Part shown: piece after piece, positions 60,706 to 64,000 of the stretch
Layout: each line of letters begins with the position of its first letter
Numbering within the stretch: the stretch's first letter is position 1
Assembly (NCBI RefSeq): GCF_009834535.1
Contig: NC_045696.1
Location: 115,880,001-115,944,000, forward strand
Direction of reading: 5' to 3'
DNA from: Camelus ferus
Taxonomy: Eukaryota
Length of the DNA: 64,000 nt
Program-made: the position numbers and the translations under genes
The notes under the pieces: model-generated
What the model saw: only the letters and a program-made list of their open reading frames with translations
The model's database searches: none
Told to the model about the DNA's origin: nothing

Positions 60706-62414
60706 CTGGCTTTGCAGGGAAGCAGCTGGATTCTGTTCAAATCACATCACCTTTCCTTTCCAGTCTCCACCAATACAGTCAAGAATTAATTTTGGTAATT
60801 TCACAATAATGAAAAGTAAGATTTCCAAGGCTAGGCAAAGTGCAGAAATCTACCATGGATTTTAGACACACAGAACTTACTTTGGGCATCTCTACCACAA
60901 GAAAGCTGAAGATTGTTACTTACTAGATTGTACATAGCCATTGAACCATCCTCTCCCATCACAAGGTGTTATTATTATTAATAATGTGTTTCAGAATGTT
61001 ATTGACAAGTAAAAATAGTTGAGGAAAAGCAGGGTTATTTCAAGTCTTGAAGTGGGTTAGAAAGAAGTTGTAGTTTTCAATATTCTGCCAAGCTCTCTTT
61101 CTATTTCTTGTTGTTTCCATCAAACTGTGAAATCACTCTATCCAAATAAATTACATTGTACTTCTGGATACAGTAAAGAGGAACCAGAACTTCAAATCGC
61201 ATATACCAAAATAGCAGTGAGACTATGTCACTTGTTTCAGACACACAAAAATCGGCTGTTTGAAAAATGCAAATGTTTGGCTAATTAAGTTTTAAGATAC
61301 TTTCCAACTGCATGAAAGTCAAGCTTCTTTTGTTTCTCTAACCAGAACCACAGGATTATGTGTTCTGACGATAGACTGATTGCTCTCTTTTCCTTTATAT
61401 TTTACCAAAGAGAATGCTAAAATTACTTTTACAGTAATAATCCTCCCAAGCCTAAGGAACTCAAAACATACTGAAGAAAACATTCAGAAATGATATATAA
61501 TGCGGGAGAAGATGCCGGATATCTTTCCTTCTGATTTCTGAAATTCTCATAAGAGTATATTATGCAAAATAAATCTTGAAGTGTAAATTATCTGTTAGCA
61601 AATGGTATTCTTCAATTTCATTTCCAAATTATCCAAAATGAATTAGGATTTCATACTGAGCTGTCAACATTAAATTCTACCTCCTGAAATATAGATTAGA
61701 TTTTGAGAAGAAAAAAAATAGAAAGTGGTAAAGACTAGCTTTGTTTTATACCCTCCAGTTTAATACAGCATTCAGGAGTCACATATACTCACTAGATTGT
61801 GCAAAACTGATTGATTCTTAGACAATCCCTTAGGTAAAGTTATTTTATTTTATTTTACTGTGACAGTTTGTGGATTAATGTGAAGGCATTAAGATTCTCT
61901 TTTAAAAAGAAAAGAGAGCAAGAGAGAGGAAATAGCAATAATTCTAATAAAATATGCTAAATAGATCCAGATGTTTTTATTCACACCATACAGTTGTGCA
62001 AGGTCATAGTATCTTTGAAAAGCAAGATAGGTTATGATTCAGTGTTATCAATAATGTGCAACTGATTAAAATGAAATTATTGGATTCTAAGCATGGAATG
62101 TATCACTCTGACATTACCCATTAATCTTTTTTCAGCTTTGAGATTAAACTACGGAGGAATCTTCTGATCCGAGATAACCAGTTTGACACCCCATTTACCA
62201 TGAAGACAAACATACTGCTATCATCAATGGAGCATGAGCAGCAACGCCAATCAGAGGAAGGATTTCCATTTTTGATGCCATTCATGTGAGCAGAAAGGTA
62301 AAAGATGGTTGAGTTAAAGAGCCACCTTTTCCACATTCAACACCCTGACTCACAAAAAGAGTAATGAAAAGTTACATGGGAGTGAGCACATGATCTCATC
62401 AGCATACAGTCATT

Positions 62415-62900
62415 CTCTCCCCTCAGCTCCAGACTACATCCAACTGCATACTTTGATGTCTGACAGGCTTGTCAAAATTAATGTGTCTAAAACTCAAGTT
62501 TTAATTTCCTCTTTTTAAGTGGGTTCCTTCCCCAGGGTTACGTAGACCAGTAAATGACACATGATCCATCCTATTGCTCAAATCAAACCCAGGTGCCATC
62601 TGTGATTTCATGCTTTCTCAGACAAACTTCTACACCAAATCTATCATGTCCTGTTGATTTTACTTACAAAATATCTCTTGAATATTTTAATTTTTTTCCT
62701 ATTCCATTATCATCATCCGTGTCCATGATTATCTCCCACCTGGACATCTGAAATAGTCTAACAGGTCTTCCAATACACTTTCCCATACGTCCTCATCCAT
62801 CTTCAGGGAGCAGCCAGAGTAATCTTCTTATTAGTAAAACTGTGAGCTCCAGAACTGCTCTAAAAGCCTTGGGTGGCTTCCTACTGTTCTTGCAATCATT
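62415..62900 (+). mobile_element. L2 remnant
   Basis: CCTCAGCTCCAGACTACATCCAACTGC..GATGTCTGACAGGC..ATCTCCCACCTGGAC..AATAGTCTAACAGGTCTTCC..GCAGCCAGAGTAATCTT. Confidence 0.8.
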
Positions 62901-64000
62901 CTGTTTCCACTCCAGCCCCCACCTCCAGACAACCAGTAATCTATAATCATTTTATTTTCTGACAGTAAAAGGAAACTAAGGACTCAAAGTCCCAACTAAA
63001 GGGCTCAAAGGTTGAGAAAGTTAAGTAGTTCACTAAAGACCCACCAGTGTTCTTTGTTGAACTCCAGTTCCTGGCAAAGCTGAGAAGGAAGGTGTGGATG
63101 ATTTCCTGATGGAGAAACTCACTGATAGGAAGTATAGCAAGGTCTTCCAACCAGCTGAAGTATAAGTTCATAGAAATAGGAGAGACAAGACTTCTGAGAA
63201 CCTTCAGCATGGAAGATTTGTGGGGGAAGAGATCCTAGTCCCTCAAAATGCCATCCCAGGCCCATTCCCAGATTCAAATTCAGATCTGTACCCTCTTTCC
63301 TACCCTTATCTGTCTGTTGTTCTCCAACCTGTGTAATACTTAGGTTATTCAAAGGTAACTGTTTGATTCCCACAAGGCTGAGGGAAAAAGAAAGGACTCT
63401 AGAAACAAAAACACAAATGACCTCTTCTTGTTCAAACTTGGACTGGACATAAGCTGGTGACGTGACAATCCCTTCTGAGGACAAGATATGTAGAGACTGG
63501 ACCAGAGCTAACAAATCAAGATATCCCCCCTCCAGACATTGCCCTACACAGCCCCACTGGCCACCTCATTCAAAATATCCCCTAATAAATATTTCATAAA
63601 CACTATTGAACACAAGTGCTTCTTCCAAATGCAAAGTGTGTTGTTTTGTAATTACTTCCTTTGGCCATTTTGACCTCCCTGATGTCAAACAACATTTTTT
63701 TCCTATTTGTATAAAGTTAGGGGAGGGAAGATTTTCAATAACAACTCAAATGTCAGAGCCACAGAAACCTCAAATATATCAAGTGAGTAGGCTTACTTAC
63801 CATGTCAAACAATGAATGTATCATCCATGACAGGGAGACTTTTAATCTCTGGGTACCAAAACTGCTTTCCTCTCCTAACGTCAAGATAACTACTAAATTA
63901 ATTTAGTTTCTTTTCTTTTTCCTCTCATGAATATTTTATAGTTCCTTTCTCAGGACATCTAGAATTTCAAGTGCATTTTCTTATTAAAGCCACACATTTT

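Noticed and set aside
1..64000. CRISPR array, operon or other prokaryotic-type system
   Set aside because: Sequence is mammalian repeat-rich non-coding DNA with no regularly spaced repeat-spacer array and no long ORFs

Overview
Mammalian, most likely camelid (Tylopoda), non-coding genomic DNA: an AT-rich intergenic or deep-intronic stretch. The taxon call rests on a tRNA-derived SINE resembling the camelid Vic-1 family (23822-23977, perfect 18-bp TSD), many copies of one young artiodactyl-type L1 3' end, and no recognisable Alu, B1/B2, BovB/Bov-A or PRE-1. I recognise no protein-coding gene. The only ORF-track entries with clear protein similarity are decayed L1 ORF2 fragments; the rest are simple-repeat translations or chance ORFs. 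Much of the window is interspersed repeat: about 13 short young L1 3' fragments, three older long L1s (two keep both ends but have lost the middle), many L2 and MIR remnants, two ERV1-type solo LTRs, MaLR LTRs, and hAT and Tigger DNA-transposon fossils. Several repeat-free blocks rich in homeodomain, TALE or Fox motifs look like conserved enhancers. I found no evidence for a new biological system. The best second-look items are retrotransposition footprints (nested, ultra-short and poly(A)-only insertions, a probable 3' transduction, a probable mRNA 3'UTR retrocopy), a CpG-rich old Tigger, and a few unverified candidate exons. Repeat subfamily names come from recalled consensus motifs, not from a database search, and boundaries of old repeats are approximate.
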